DNA of 64,000 bases from the human T2T-CHM13v2.0 reference genome, Homo sapiens: assembly GCF_009914755.1 (NCBI RefSeq), contig NC_060927.1; one strand, written 5' to 3'. The notes beneath the pieces were generated by a model, which was not told the DNA's origin, made no database searches, and saw only the letters and a list, made by a program, of their open reading frames with translations. Within the stretch, counting starts at the first letter, position 1; each line of letters starts with the position of its first letter. Of this stretch, positions 14,141-38,508 are shown piece by piece. The position numbers and the translations under genes are program-made.

Positions 14141-15226
14141 AAGCACGCATCTGTGAAGTTTTCCCTTTCTTACCTAAAGAAATGCATACATCTTTTATCT
14201 GTTTGGAAAGCCCTCCCTCCTTCCTCTTCTACTCTGCTACTTCAGAACCTTGAGTGTTGGACAGCTCCTCTGGGGACCATGCCTACCCAACTCCACCTGG
14301 GTGAGAGGCCACAAACTGAGAAGAGAGATCTATTGATTACAAGGTAAAAACTGATCTGGTGACAAGCAAGGGCTCTGAAGTGAGGCAGGCCTGGCTTTAT
14401 GTTCATGCCTAGGCTCTGCCATTAGGTTTCCTTGATAAATAGGGGTGAAGGTGGGGCTGGGACCAGTAGCTATCAGTATTTTAAAAGCTCCTGGAATAGG
14501 CCATAACCATCAATAATAATAATCTAGTTTAGTCCAAGGAATCCACACTTGAGAATGCCTTTTGATAGCATCTTTGCTTTTTGATAAGATCTTTCATAGA
14601 TACCTTGAGGTTTCTGTTGTCTTATAACATTAAGGCATGTGGTTACAACTACATGTTGGCCTGTGGGTGTTAGTGCCATCCAAAGGCAGCCAGAGACCAA
14701 GGTGGCTATTGCTTATTCTTGCCAAATCCATCAGCCACATCAACAGTGGTTCTGTTTTTATATTTAGGAATTGATACTTAATACTTTAGTCACCTTGTTT
14801 TTATATAACATCATCCTATTGCCTTGAAGGGCTATGCACGTGGGAAGCTTTTTGTTAGGAAATTATTAAGTCCAAACCTGAGCAGTTGTTATTTCCTCAC
14901 CACGAAGTTAATCAATAACGTTCCCACAGCCTAGCAGTGCTTTCTTTTTAAACAGTATCATTCTGAAGGAATAAGCATTGATAGATAGAAACCAGAAGAA
15001 AACCCAATAAAATATTTAATAGTTCAGTTAATACCTTCTAAGTAAGTTATTTTTTGCTTTTTAAAAATAGAGGTAAGAGGCACTCAAGTTGCAAATTCTG
15101 GTTAGTCAAAGTAAAAAGTCCTCCAGGCTTCAGGAAAAAGCACTGACTACCACAAATCATGGTCTTAATAACATCATTATGAAATACTTTTTAGAAACTC
15201 TAGTATTCTTTCATAACTGATTTTAT

Positions 15227-15257
<31 letters not shown>
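15227..15257. repeat. Compound (TG)n(GA)n microsatellite
   Basis: Direct reading. Confidence 0.95.
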
Positions 15258-15311
15258 TAATAAACCTTGATGGTCCCATACTTTTGCAAATAGTAAACTC
15301 ACTTTTTAGTA

Positions 15312-15852
15312 TAGATAGGATGAGAAATATGTTTTTCTCACCCATTCTACATTGATGGCTGAGGCCTCTATAGGCTGAGCCCCTATAACAAAAGACAGAT
15401 TAACAAGAGAAAAGCATACACATTTATTTAATAAAGTTCTACGTGGCATGGGAGACTTCATAAAGAAATAAAGACCCAAAGAAATGGATAAACCTGTGCA
15501 TTTTCCATACTAGGTTTGGTGATAAAGTTGGTAGTCATGAAGAAATATGATTTAATTTTCTTTAAAAGTGATCTATTGGTAATAAACTGGAAGGAATTTA
15601 GTAAGACCTGTTTATTCCAATTCCTCTCTGTGCCCTGTGTCTTTAGAGGTAAAGACGTTCTTTTCTTCTGAGTATGGGAAGGGCACCTCTCAAATGAGGG
15701 CCTTATAACCTGCTTCGGGCCAGAAAAATTCTTCCTAAGTTTTATTACCTGCTTCAAGGGAGGAGGGAAGGTGAGAGTGACCTTCCTGCTTTTGCTGTTC
15801 TCTCAAATTCCAAGGTGTCCTATTTGGGGATACCATGTCCTAAATCCCATCA
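15312..15852 (-). mobile_element. ERV1-class solo LTR, MER31-like
   Basis: Reverse complement starts TGATGGGATTTAGGACATGGTATCCCCAAATAGG; possible 4-bp TSD AGTA at 15308-15311 and 15853-15856. Confidence 0.7.
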
Positions 15853-18545
15853 AGTAACACCTCTTTGTGTATGTATGCACCTAAGTCCATGTCTGTATAT
15901 GGTGTACAACTTTTAGTTACTTCATTTACAATTTAAAAAACTTTCGCGACACCCAAATAATCAAAGAGGAAAATGTAGTTACCACAGAGACTCCCTGATG
16001 AATCAGAGAGTGGTATCTGGACAAACTGTCTCTACTTAATTCAGGAAACCTTACATTTAAAAAAAGAACAAATCATGTTCCAACCAACTGTAGATTATGA
16101 ATTTCTACTGGCAAGAAGTGCAGACAGCTTTTATTTATCTTTTTAACCATGAAAGCAAATTAGCAAGTATCTCTATATTGAATCTATGAATAGGTTTAGA
16201 TGGACTGGAAATTTCTCTTGAGCATGCTTGATTTAGAAAAACAAATACCATCCAAGGACAAAGTGGCCCAGTAGGGGTGGCTAAGGATAACAAAGCCATT
16301 TTGCATTTCCATCCGGGAATCCATATGAGGATGCTCTTAGAAATAGGAACTAAGAAAACTATATCTCTGGCTGCAGCCATGACATTTTCCAAAATAAAGG
16401 CAGTGCCATTTAAAAAAAAGCTGACCCTGATTTACTTTCACATGACTGGAATGAACTGCATGAACAATTCAAAAAGTCAGATCAGACTTTTTGGTTCCTA
16501 TCCTGATAAAAGGAAGATTAATATTTATATCCAAGTTTCCTCATTGAGTCTCATCATATTTTTGTAATATGCTTCAGTGTACTTATGGGTCTGGAGTTTC
16601 TACCTTGCTGCCTGATGGGAATGAAGTAGCTTTTAAACAAAGACTTTTGCAAAGATAGCATGAGAAAAACATATCCAGTTGAATGCTGAACTGTGCTGCT
16701 TATGGGAATTAACATAATGCTCAGGAATCAAGTGAATAAAACAACTGGAGAATGATACGCAAACAGCACGGTAGGGCAGAGACAGAGTTTCAAAATTGTG
16801 GAGGTAACCAGGGCTTTGTAAAATAAAGTTTGAATGCAGAACCTCAATTTTTATTATTTATTTTTATGACTGCTGCTTTTGTTCATGAGCAGCCAAGAGA
16901 AAGTACTAGGAAAATACTCTAATTTTGACACTTTTAGTACTTTCATTATTTTTTTTCTTGGAAAATACCTTCAAAAATTTGAGTAAAGGAAAAGAAAGAA
17001 AAAAATTCAAAACTCTTTGGAAATAGAATATTTCTGCAAACTACTTATTTTTAAATAGGCTTTCTTCCAAAAGGTGAAACTACAAATGAATGTAACTGAA
17101 AGGAAAAATATCTTTGCCTGACAAAATTGAAACCTTCTTACCAGAAACTTTGGGTCCACTGTTACTAAGGTAACTCAATCAATGAAAGTTTGGGAAATAT
17201 TCCTGAAATTATTAATGGAATACAGGAGGAGGAAAGAGGTTAGGTTTGGGGTGAGAAAAATTGAGAATCAAGGATTAAGTGGGCTGCTGACAACCCTCCC
17301 TTTTGCTTTTGCATTTCAAATAAGAATTTTCAGAACTTGCTGATTTGAAAAGATAAAGAAACTAATGAGATTCTGAGTGCTCAGGTGAAAAATATTTTAT
17401 AGGATAATAATTGAGGTTTAATGTTATGGCAAATTTTGCTACTTCATCACTAGAAAAAATAAAGCTAGTGATAGCAGTTGTAGCCTGAATTTTAAAATCA
17501 AGTTTATGGTCATATTTTTCTGGCAACTTTATAAAATTTGTCATCAAATCTTATTGATTTAATGATATGATACCTCAGGTTCTAAATTAAATGGGGACAC
17601 AATAAATAACTACCTTTTTAATTAAAAAACAAGTATAATGATGAATTTATAATGGGAAGAGACCAAGGAATAGAAATTGTGCAGCACATAACAAATAAAT
17701 ATGCCAACTTTAAGCTGAAGACTCCATAACAATGCTTTTTCACTTGTAATTTGTTCTATTATAGATGGAAGATACATATCCCAGAGGCCTGAAATGGTTT
17801 TGTCCAATCTGCAATTTCAGGAAAAATGAAAGGACAAGCAAACAAAAAGAAAACCCTAAAGATAGACTATCTAGTGTTTGCTTTTTTTTTAACCATTGAG
17901 TTTCTAGCTCAAATTTAAAGTTTTTGTGAACTTCGTATTTATTTATATTTGCATAGGCTTTAATTTTTGTGGAAGGGCCAAAAGAAAGTTATTGAACATG
18001 AGGCAAAGAAAGACAGACTTAACTAAAGGTGGTAAACGTTCTCATATTTCTATCAAATAATTTGAATATCTATATGTACCAGCTTTGTTATCAGTATTTA
18101 TTTTTATTTGAACAGCAAGTGTTTCAGTAAGTATTTATACATAAAAAATACTCTTTGGGAATTAAAACTATAAGAAATAGAGAAAAGAGAAAAGAAACTA
18201 AACTTATCATCAGTTTTGGCTTAAGTCAAATCAGTCTTTAGAGAAAATTGCTGTGTATTACAAAATTTTAAACAAAGTTAGCATTCAGAAAATCTTGAGT
18301 CTAAAGAAAATATTGTTGTTTATTATAATGCAAATTTCTATTGTTATAGTGGATTTGTGTCATTCTCTCCTCAAAAAAATGTTAGTTAAAAAAATGTACA
18401 TTGACTTGATAATGATGAGCATCTTTATAATCCTGGACTTTTAATACCATATTTTTTATCTCATTTTATGGAACTTTGTGTACTGTTAAAAAGGGTGTTA
18501 CCAGCTAGAACCGCCTTGCATTTGTATAGCATCTTAGAAGTTATA

Positions 18546-18836
18546 AGCCGGGCACAGTGGTTCATGCCTGTAATCCCAGCACTTTGGGAGGCTGAGATGG
18601 GGGGATCACGAAGTCAGGAGATCGAGACCATCCTGGCTAACAAGGTGAAATCCCGTCTCTACTAAAAATACAAAAAAGTTAGCTGGGCGTGGTGGTGGGC
18701 GCCTGTAGACCCAGCTACTCAGGAGGCTGAGGCAAGAGAATGGCGTGAACCCAGGAGGAGGAGCTTGTAGTGAGCTGAAATTGCACCACTGCACTCCAGC
18801 CTGGGAGAGAGAGCGAGACTCTGTCTCAAAATAAAG
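18546..18836 (+). mobile_element. AluY
   Basis: gagatcgagaccatcctggctaac, gaatggcgtgaacc, ggagcttg diagnostics; TSD AGAAGTTAT at 18536-18544 and 18837-18845. Confidence 0.9.
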
Positions 18837-19677
18837 AGAAGTTATGGAAGAAAGACATCCAGATGATCTGATTTAACACCCAAATACTCTGGAAAATACC
18901 TCTTTCTCCCTTCCTTTCTCTAGAAAAGAAAACATAGACCTTGCATGGATAGGACTTAAAGTGAGTGAGTAGTAAAATTGTAGCTTGAACTTGGGTCTTC
19001 TCACTCTAGTGACATGTTCATACACTACTCTGCAATATCTCCACTGAAACAATACAATATTACTGTGGAAACTTACCAAAGGAAAAGAGAATACATCACC
19101 TATGTTTTCTTCTCCAGACAAAGGAAAGGAGAGAGACCTTAAAGTGTAGTGTAATTGACATTTTATGCAAATTTAGATTGTGCAAATTTGAAATAGTGTG
19201 ATATATTAAAATCACTGTATACACAAAATTTTATATAATAAAAATCTGTGTTTTTAGAAATCAGTAAATGTGTTATTTCTGAAGTAGAAAGCCAAGTGAA
19301 TTATAAACTGTATTATGCCATCACCAAATGGCAAAATAACTTATCCTTTGCCAAAATCATGTGAATCTTATCATTGTATGTATCAGAACTTTGGCAGATA
19401 ATTCTGGTGACTATTTGACTTTTAGTGTGATGCTTACTATTATGAATGTATGTAGCCTTTTAATATACTATAATAAAGTTTCTAATTATTCATCAAATCA
19501 TAGTGCTAGGGCAAAAAAAAAAGCCTCCAAAAATAACAACTTTGGGACAAAGGTTAGATATGCTAAAACACTTTAAAGAGAACTAGATGACTGCCATGAA
19601 ACAATGAACTGCTGATTTAGGAGAGAAGTGTGATAAATAATAAATAATTTTGCACCAAAATATATAAAAGCATCATT

Positions 19678-19760
19678 GAAGGAAGAGGAGAGGGATAAGA
19701 GGAAGAGGAGGAGAATGAGAAGGAAGAAGGAAGAGAAAGAGGGAGGGAGTGAGGGAAGAA
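19678..19760. repeat. GA-rich low-complexity polypurine tract
   Basis: Direct reading. Confidence 0.85.
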
Positions 19761-20078
19761 CTGAGACAATGGGGATGTAGATTTTTGTCCTCTGACATGC
19801 ACTCTTCTTCTTTACACTTACTACTTTGGGAAAATTAGCCTTGGATTATTTAAATTATGTTTTATGCAAAGTCATTAATAACAAACCACTCACATAAAAT
19901 AAGATTTCCCTTTCTAAATCAATGCAGTCAGATTCAGCACTATGGATAGTTCACTCATGGAAGATTGAATCATGACATGGTGTACTAAAGGTTGGAATGA
20001 AACTCAGAGTTCTTCTGCTTCAAACGTTTTGGCAGGGAATCTATGGAATCATCTTTAAAAGTGACTCAAGTGATCTAG

Positions 20079-29300
<9,222 letters not shown>

Positions 29301-30038
29301 TGACTCAAGCCTACAGAAGACACTCACTTTGCCTCTTTTAATTTTCAAAATAATTCTGTGCAGATATAATTACATTAATTTTACAATGCAAATATTAATG
29401 CCCATGTTAGTTGCTTATGGATACTAAACTAGCTTAAAAAAATACCAGATCTTCTCACAACCAATTCAGTACTTATCTCCTATCAACTAAATAATTCCAC
29501 TTCACTGTCTAAAACATTTATAGGATTTCTTTAAAATTCCATTTTAAGCCTAAAGGCTTAATAAAGTACACATATATTTTGGAAAGTATATACACAAGCT
29601 CTCTTATAGCCTCCTATCCTTACCAGGGAGGTAAATTAAATCCCTGGACCACTGGAACTTAGATTCAGTGAAAGGACTTTTCAGGCCATACAGTGATATT
29701 GGGCTAGCCCAATGCCCTTCTTTCTCAAAAGGAAAACAAGCCCAAGAAGGTGAAAAGATATGCTCTGGATCCTCACATGGCCATTTCCTTACAGAAAATA
29801 AGAATTCTAAATATCCTCCCATGCCTAATATGACTGAGATTTAGGAAGAGATTTGAGAAGATATTTGCAACATATATTACTCGTGACATAGAAACAAGAG
29901 CTCATTACTTTTTCCAGCTAACTCATCCCCAATCACCAATATCTTTTTGATGAGTAGTGTAAAAAAAAAAACCAACAACAAGAAATTGTTGATGCTTTAA
30001 ACTACTCTTCAAACAAAGTTTTAAAGCTATAGAGAGAA

Positions 30039-31673
<1,635 letters not shown>

Positions 31674-33584
31674 AAAGCTAATGAGAGAATTTGCCTGGTT
31701 GAGTGTGAAACTGAGCCCCACTGAGCTGTATTACAAGAGCCAAAGGTCCTCCCCTACAGGATTTTACTGTGACTGCCTATCAAAACTCACTTAATTAATG
31801 CCACTTACATTCTATGTAGACTTTTCAAGCAAAAATAAATTTCATCTAATGATTTTTTAAAGCTCCAATAGCCTTCACATCTACACAAATATCAGTGCTA
31901 AAAAACAGTTAATCAAGGGATATGAACCGAGTCTGAGACCATCACTGTCAAATCTTTGTTCATGGAAGCAGGTGGAGTTAGGGCAGATACGCCAGACATT
32001 CTTCCTTACTAAAAGCATCTAGTCCCACTGCCTGATACAAAGTGAGTTCTTAACAACTTTTCCTTTACTTCTGCTTAAGTAGCTTTATCCTACCTGCTTC
32101 CTGCAACTTTATCATCATGTATATAGTAATGGGCTTGTTGGTAGGGATGTATTTTCAGGCCAAGGAAAGGTTGGGAGACAAGAGGAGAAGGATGAAGATT
32201 AGTTATGTAGTTAATTGTACAGATAGCCTTATTCCCTTTAAGTTTTAAGATAGTCAAGAAAAATATTTGAAGGATGATTAATATTAACAGGAAAAAAGGG
32301 AAAGAGAATCAGTAAATAAACAAAAAGGAGAGAGATGATGACAATGACCACGAGTTCTTGACCAATAATATTAATAACCATCTATTCAGGGCTCCTATTT
32401 GCTAAGTGCCGAATACATTCTTATCTCTATCAGGTACTCATAGACTCATTTTGCAAGTGAGAAAAGGGGTTGAGTGGAGGGCCACAGAACTGGAATGTTT
32501 TTGGAGTTGGGATTTGCCTACATGCTTTCCACCATTCCATTATTCCCAAGGCTTTTTAGAAAAACAGAAGTGGCTAGATAAAGGGGAGAAAAAAGGAAAA
32601 GGAAGGTATTTAGTTCTCCATTTGTACTCCTCTGGCCTCCTGCTGGTCATTTCAGTCAGGGGATGATATGGAGACCCTGGTAAGTCCCATTCAGGCACCC
32701 ACCCCCCCAAAAAAAGTAGCTGTTCGTGTTCATTATTCATGTTGAAATTGATAAAGAAACCAAGGGTTTTAATCACAGCAAAGAGAAACTGTTATTCTTT
32801 AGCTAACAGTACTCAGCTAATGCTGGACCAAAATTATAGGAAAATATATATAGCATAAATGAGTCATAAAAACTTTGAGAGTCACATGAATGTATGAACA
32901 TTCTCCACAGGCCTTGTTTATGTAATCATGTATCTACTTACATGGGTGTGTTTATCTTAGCTTTTCCATGTGGAACCCAGCTTGCTGTAGACCCAATCTC
33001 TTTCTAAACAGTGAGTAATCAAAAGGAATTCATCTGTGAGTAACTTCACACATTTATTATAAGATGTTAGAGTGAGGAACAAGGTGGTTTAAATGATAGC
33101 ATAAAGTAACACAATTCCCAGAGTTTTAAGTCCAGAAAAAATTCAAGAGTCAGGTCTGTGGTGAATCTCTCAAGCAATAAAGAAAATGCTTTCGTTTATA
33201 GACCAATTGACATCAGAACTTGGAGAAAAGAATCATTTCACTTTATAATGCTGGAATTTGAAAGATATGGCATTAGAAATTGACAAAGTCTTTTTATGTT
33301 TAATTTTATTTAAAATCTCCATCTTCCAGGGAAAACAACCAGGTTTCAAGTGTCATTGTAAAAATTGACATGCCCTATGTTTGATTTGCTATGTAAATCA
33401 CACTCCCAAACAAACATTTTCTGACAGTTCAAACTCATCGTGGCAGCTCCCAAGCAGAGAGGTCAACTAATAAGAGATAGTCTCTTCCCTTTTTTATGCT
33501 AGCTGTAAAATATTCTGGGTATCACCCCTGCATACATTCCAAACCTAGAAGCATACTATGTGTTTCAAATTTATCTAGACTTAG

Positions 33585-33790
33585 ATATCTGTCTAGATAT
33601 GGTAGTCATTAGCCAAACAAGGCTAAATTAATTAAATCCAACAAAATTAAGAATTCCATATTCCTGTCTCACTAGCCATATTTCAAGTGTTCCATTGTCA
33701 TATGGGGCTAGTGGCTATTGTATTTATTGGCACATGGTTATAGAATATTTCTATCATTGCAAAAAAAAATTTTCTTCATCAGTGCTTCTC
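33585..33790. mobile_element. MER3 (hAT-Charlie) DNA transposon
   Basis: cactagccatatttcaagtg...ggctagtggctattgtatt...agaatatttctatcattgca. Confidence 0.75.
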
Positions 33791-35369
33791 TAGACAAGTA
33801 TCTTCCCTTCACAAAGATGGAAATCTGTTTTTAAAGATACCTTGTTGGAAGGGAGAACAAGAAAGCAATCACCTTACTTCCTCTCCTACAATTTAAGAAC
33901 ATGAGACTCAAGAGGTTAACTGGCTTTGTTAAACTCAACACCAGTTAATGAGAGAACCAAGACTAAAGTCCACCTTTCTTGCATCATGCTCATTCCCAGG
34001 CTATTCACAGGGTCGTTTCATTAAATGCTATGAATAAATGGTATATTTGAATGGCCAAGATATTTTCCAACCATCTTCAGTTCCTGACTCCTATAAGATG
34101 AAATTTTCACAAGTCTCCAGGCTCTTTCATTTCTATTTCTACTTCTCTAGGTATATACCACCATCACCACTATCATCCTTTCCTCCTCTTCAAACTCAAA
34201 TCCAAGTTAGCATAAACTCTCCTGTAAGCTCCTTTCTAGGGTTTTCTAAGCCAAAACCCAGACTCTCTCCCATAAATCCATGGTTCCAGATCTCATGCTC
34301 CCAACCCCAATCCTCAAGCTGGTAGCCTAAACCAGTCATATCCTGGGAACCTGCCCACCCACTACATCCCTATACAGCCCTTCTGGTAGCTTCACCTCAG
34401 ACTTTTGAGCAGAGGCCTATTCTGAGTCCCTGAACAGTATTGATGGAGGGGTGATTCCCTGGACAATTTTCTAGGTAGTCACTTCCTATCCCAAGCAGCA
34501 AAGAAGGGAATGAATCTCAGGCCTGTGAAAACCATGCTGCCACTGTGCAGCAGCTTCTTGGGGGTAAGAGATAATATCCTCACTTGTCTCTTAGGTCGTT
34601 CCATAGGCTAAAGCTGGCCTAGCCAAGAACTTGTATCAGGTACTGTGAAATTATGAAAAGTTGTTTCATTGTCTATCTTCAAGTAATATAAATGAGAGAG
34701 TAGGTTTTATTTTCATAAAATTAAAGATTACAGAAATGTTGTTCAAATTAGAGCTTAATCACACAGGAAAGAATGCTTAAAAATAAGTTCCAGATACATA
34801 CACACTCCAGAAGGGTTATGATGTTTGCACTTTGGGAAAAACTTAAAAAAAGAATGCTTTTTATAGTTGTCTGTAAGAGCCTTTTCTTTGCCAACAAAAC
34901 CTTTAAAAATTATTGTTATTCATTCCTATGCTTTTGAATGGTAATTTATATTCAGCATATCTGAAATAATCACAGTTAAAAGGAAATACCAAAATTGGAG
35001 TCAAAGCCATCTCCTCCAGGAAACAGAATGTCAAATACCTTGGAGTCAGTGGTAGGAGAAATAAAACCCCATCTCCTTCAGCCAAAAACATTACATAGAA
35101 ACATAGACATAGAAGCGGAGGAAGAAAGGCACAAATGTAGAAGACATACTTTGGCCTTCATTCTATGAAGCTCCTGCTTCTACCACCCACACATCAGACC
35201 AAGACACACCTTTAAATATGTAGGGAGGGAGGGGAAAATTTTGTCTTGTCGGAGCTCACAGTCAGTTGCCCAAGGCTGAACATGAATAACCACTCCAAGA
35301 CATGCACTGACAACCCACATTTCCTGCCTTTGGTGTCAGCAACCAGAGACAGAAGGTATTTATTTGCCT

Positions 35370-35530
35370 ACTTCTCAAATTACCAGCTGCTTGATCTTCC
35401 ACAAAGTACTGAGTCTTGAAGAATCCGTGTTTCTATTTGTAGCAAGGTCACGATAATACTAAGCTCACAGGAATTTTATAATAATTAAATGAGATAATGT
35501 ATGCAGAACGCCTGGCACAGGGAGGACCTC
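35370..35530 (+). mobile_element. MIR SINE
   Basis: attaaatgagataatgtatgcagaacgcctggcacag MIR 3' part. Confidence 0.7.
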
Positions 35531-36086
35531 CCCACACAACAGCTGACATTCCTTTTTGCAATTATATGCCCTTGACAAAGGTAAGGTGCCATTAGCAACC
35601 CTCACCATCTAGTCTTTGTTTGTGTAGAAATAACCACATTTGGAGCATTTAGAAGGTCCACGCTATTTCCCAATGGGTGCAGATGACATTTGACTAGACA
35701 CAATATCTGGCCTTGTACCCCTTTCTAATCTCCAAACTTTCAACTCCCAATCCAAGCCAGCACTACTGAGCCCTCAGGAACTTCATAAAAAAGAGGAAGT
35801 CATTCTTTCCCAGTTTGTAATCCCTCTGCCAGGCCCCAACTTTATCACTTGATGATTAAGAACAGCTCTCTCTGCACCCCAGACTCTACCCAACTCTAAT
35901 ATAACTTGCTATCTGCACCTTCCCAAATCCCCAGTTTTTTGCAAGTGCGCATTATAGTCCACACCAATGTTTCTGTGCCTTCAGGAAAACACCAGACTCC
36001 TCTACCAAAGAAGCTTTACAGTTAGCTTGACTTATTTACCATATCAACACAAAACGCAGCCATCAGAGGACTCACAGAAAGAATAC

Positions 36087-36236
36087 AAATACCTAATGTG
36101 GATGACGGGTTGATGGGTGCAGCAAACCACCATGGCACATGTATACCTATGTAACAATCCTGCACGTTCTGCACATGTATCCCAGAACTTAAAGTGTAAT
36201 AAATATATATACATATACAGCAAAAAGAAAAAAAGT
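36087..36236 (+). mobile_element. Short L1PA7-like 3' end
   Basis: gatgacgggttgatgggtgcagcaaaccacc...gtatcccagaacttaaag; TSD AAAGAATAC at 36078-36086 and 36237-36245. Confidence 0.9.
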
Positions 36237-36359
36237 AAAGAATACTTAGTCTCTTTCATTTGCAAGTGCAAGTGGAGACAGAAGGAGAAAGGCCTAAGGG
36301 AGGATATGAGTGGCAAGTGATACTTATTTTCAGGGTCAAATTTCAGGGCCTCTGGTATA

Positions 36360-36530
36360 AACCTTGAGGTGAGTTGAGTGGAACAGAGACATCTGCTACT
36401 TACCAGCTGTGAAACATTGGGTAAACTAATTAAATATTTTTATCATTAGTTTTCTCATCTGTGTAAAGAAGAGAAAAGTAGCTCTCAGAGTTGTTGGGAT
36501 GGTTAAATGAGATAAAATATTCTAAATAAA
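36360..36530 (+). mobile_element. MIR SINE
   Basis: ctacttaccagctgtgaaacattgggtaa...ttttctcatctgtgtaaa. Confidence 0.75.
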
Positions 36531-36716
36531 TGAGAGCAATTACTGTCAGTATCTGCATGCCAGCACTACTACTTGGAAAAATCAGAAGTTTTGCTTCTGT
36601 TGCAGTTGGTACTCTGAAGTGCCATGCTCTTGGCAGGGGTAGAGATAACAAGGATAAGAACCTCACAGCTCCTCTCAGATACTTGTGCCAATTTCGCAGT
36701 AAAGATGATCAGGATC

Positions 36717-36894
36717 AAGTGGTGATTACCTCACAGTAATTCTGCACTTGGCTGCCCATTAAAACCATCTGAGAGCTTTAAAAATTCCTGATGCCCAGAT
36801 GATACCCTGTGCCAATTCTCAGAATCTCTGGGAGGAGAACCCAGGCATAAGTAATTTTTAAAGGCGATGCTAATATGCAGCCAACAGTGAAAAC
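36717..36894. mobile_element. MER5A/B DNA transposon, terminus split by an LTR
   Basis: ttggctgcccattaaaaccatctgagagctttaaaaattcctgatgccca...ctaatatgcagccaa; remainder gaaccatag at 37296. Confidence 0.7.
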
Positions 36895-37295
36895 TGTTAA
36901 AATCATTAAATGGGAGCCATTAGACTGAGGTGATTCTCACACCCTGAGTTCCTACCTAAGCAAATAGAAACCTAGCTCAGATTCATTTCCTGTAAGGGGC
37001 TAATTTAAAAGAAAACAAAACTTCAGCTCAGCCAATCACAGGAGGCCAACTAACCACTACTTATATTGTCTGGACCTTCCCACCAGGACAGTCCAAGTAA
37101 GGCAATTGCTCAAACTTTAACCAATCGAATAATTTATTTGCTCTACTTCCACATTCAACCTATTAAATCCTTCCCTTTGTGCCTCTTGGACAGAGCCCTA
37201 AATCACTTCCAGTTTGGAGCTGACTGATTCATGAATTGCTATCTGCTCAAATAAACTCTTTAAAATGTTAACATGCCAAAGTTTATCTTTTAAGA
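36895..37295 (+). mobile_element. ERV1-class solo LTR, MER93/MER57-like
   Basis: tgttaaaatcattaaatgggagccattagactgagg start, CCAAT boxes, aaataaactc poly(A) signal; near-TSD AAAC/GAAC. Confidence 0.72.
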
Positions 37296-37349
37296 GAACC
37301 ATAGTTTCAGTGTCTGCCTTAGGAGGATAATACTCTTATTGGGGTTTCT

Positions 37350-38130
37350 AGGGCTTTCTGTTTGTAGCTCTATTATCATACCTGCCCCCTTCTAGGTAAT
37401 CATTTTTAAGTGTGCTCCAGTGAATGCATATACCCTCACAAGACTGCTCAAGAACAGGGACCATGGTTTATTCATCTTTGTACTACCAGTGGTGGTAATA
37501 TGTAATAATGATAATGGTGATGGAAGCCAGCTTTCATGGAGCACTAGCTCTCTGTGCCTGGCATTGGGCTATGCTGTTAAAAAACATTCTCTCATTTAAT
37601 TCTCTCAACAAACTGTGGGGTAAAATGCTATTGTTTACCTCATTTTACACCTGAGGAAACTGAGGCACTTACAGTGTATAAAACTTGCTCAAAGCTATAC
37701 AGGTAGTCTGATGGCAGAGCTTATACTGTTTTCCATGAAGTTATAGAAACCTCCATACCATAGTGTGGCCTTAGAGTGGGACTTTACCAACAAAAATAAC
37801 AACAGTAGCAATAGCATCACCTACAACTTATTGAGTGCTCCCTCTATACCATGAGCTATGTTGATCCCTTTACCTGCTTTATTTCATTTAATTCTCAGCA
37901 AAAAAAAGCCCCTATAACACAATTCCTATTATTATTCCCTTTTACAAAGAGGATATTGAAGCTTAGTAAGAGGTTAAATAACTTCAAATGTAGTCATTCA
38001 GACAGATAGATTTGAACCTAAGTGTGTCTGGTTTTTGTCTCTTAATTACTAACAATACAGCATGCATCTGTTAATTTACCAATGGGTGAGTAAAAGAACA
38101 AATGAATGAATGAGCGAATGAATAAATAAT
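37350..38130. mobile_element. L2 fragments interleaved with two minus-strand MIRs (~37500-37720, ~37790-38060)
   Basis: gaggaaactgaggcac and tttacaaagaggatattgaagct MIR cores; gaatgaatga L2 tail at ~38100. Confidence 0.7.
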
Positions 38131-38457
38131 ACTCTAAAGTCTCTTTCTAGCTTTACCTTCTTTATCAACATTCCCAGCAAGCATTTCTGATTTATAAGAA
38201 GCTTAACTCCTCTTATAGGTTAAAGGAGGAAAAAATAGCAGTGTACTAGTTCTATTTAGGGGAAGAAGAAGGGAAAATCAACATGAAGAAAATGAGTCTC
38301 TGCAAATTCCCAAAGATTTGGAGCCGAAGCCAATTTGTTAGTTTGCAAATGAAAACGTTGTCTCCACTTTTCACTACTCTGTTTCATGCCTTTAAAATTC
38401 AAACAGGAGGATTAACATCTGCTATGTGTATTGGAATATCAAGAGGGCTGTGAACGC

Positions 38458-38508
38458 GAAACAGAAAATGTACTGGATATTTTCAAATGTTTCCGGTTGC
38501 CAGGCAAC
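38458..38508. promoter_or_regulatory. Candidate enhancer core: ISRE-like GAAACAGAAA, ETS TTTCCGG, palindromic RFX X-box GTTGCCAGGCAAC
   Basis: Motifs at 38458-38467, 38490-38496 and 38496-38508 in repeat-free DNA with several retained CpGs. Confidence 0.5.
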
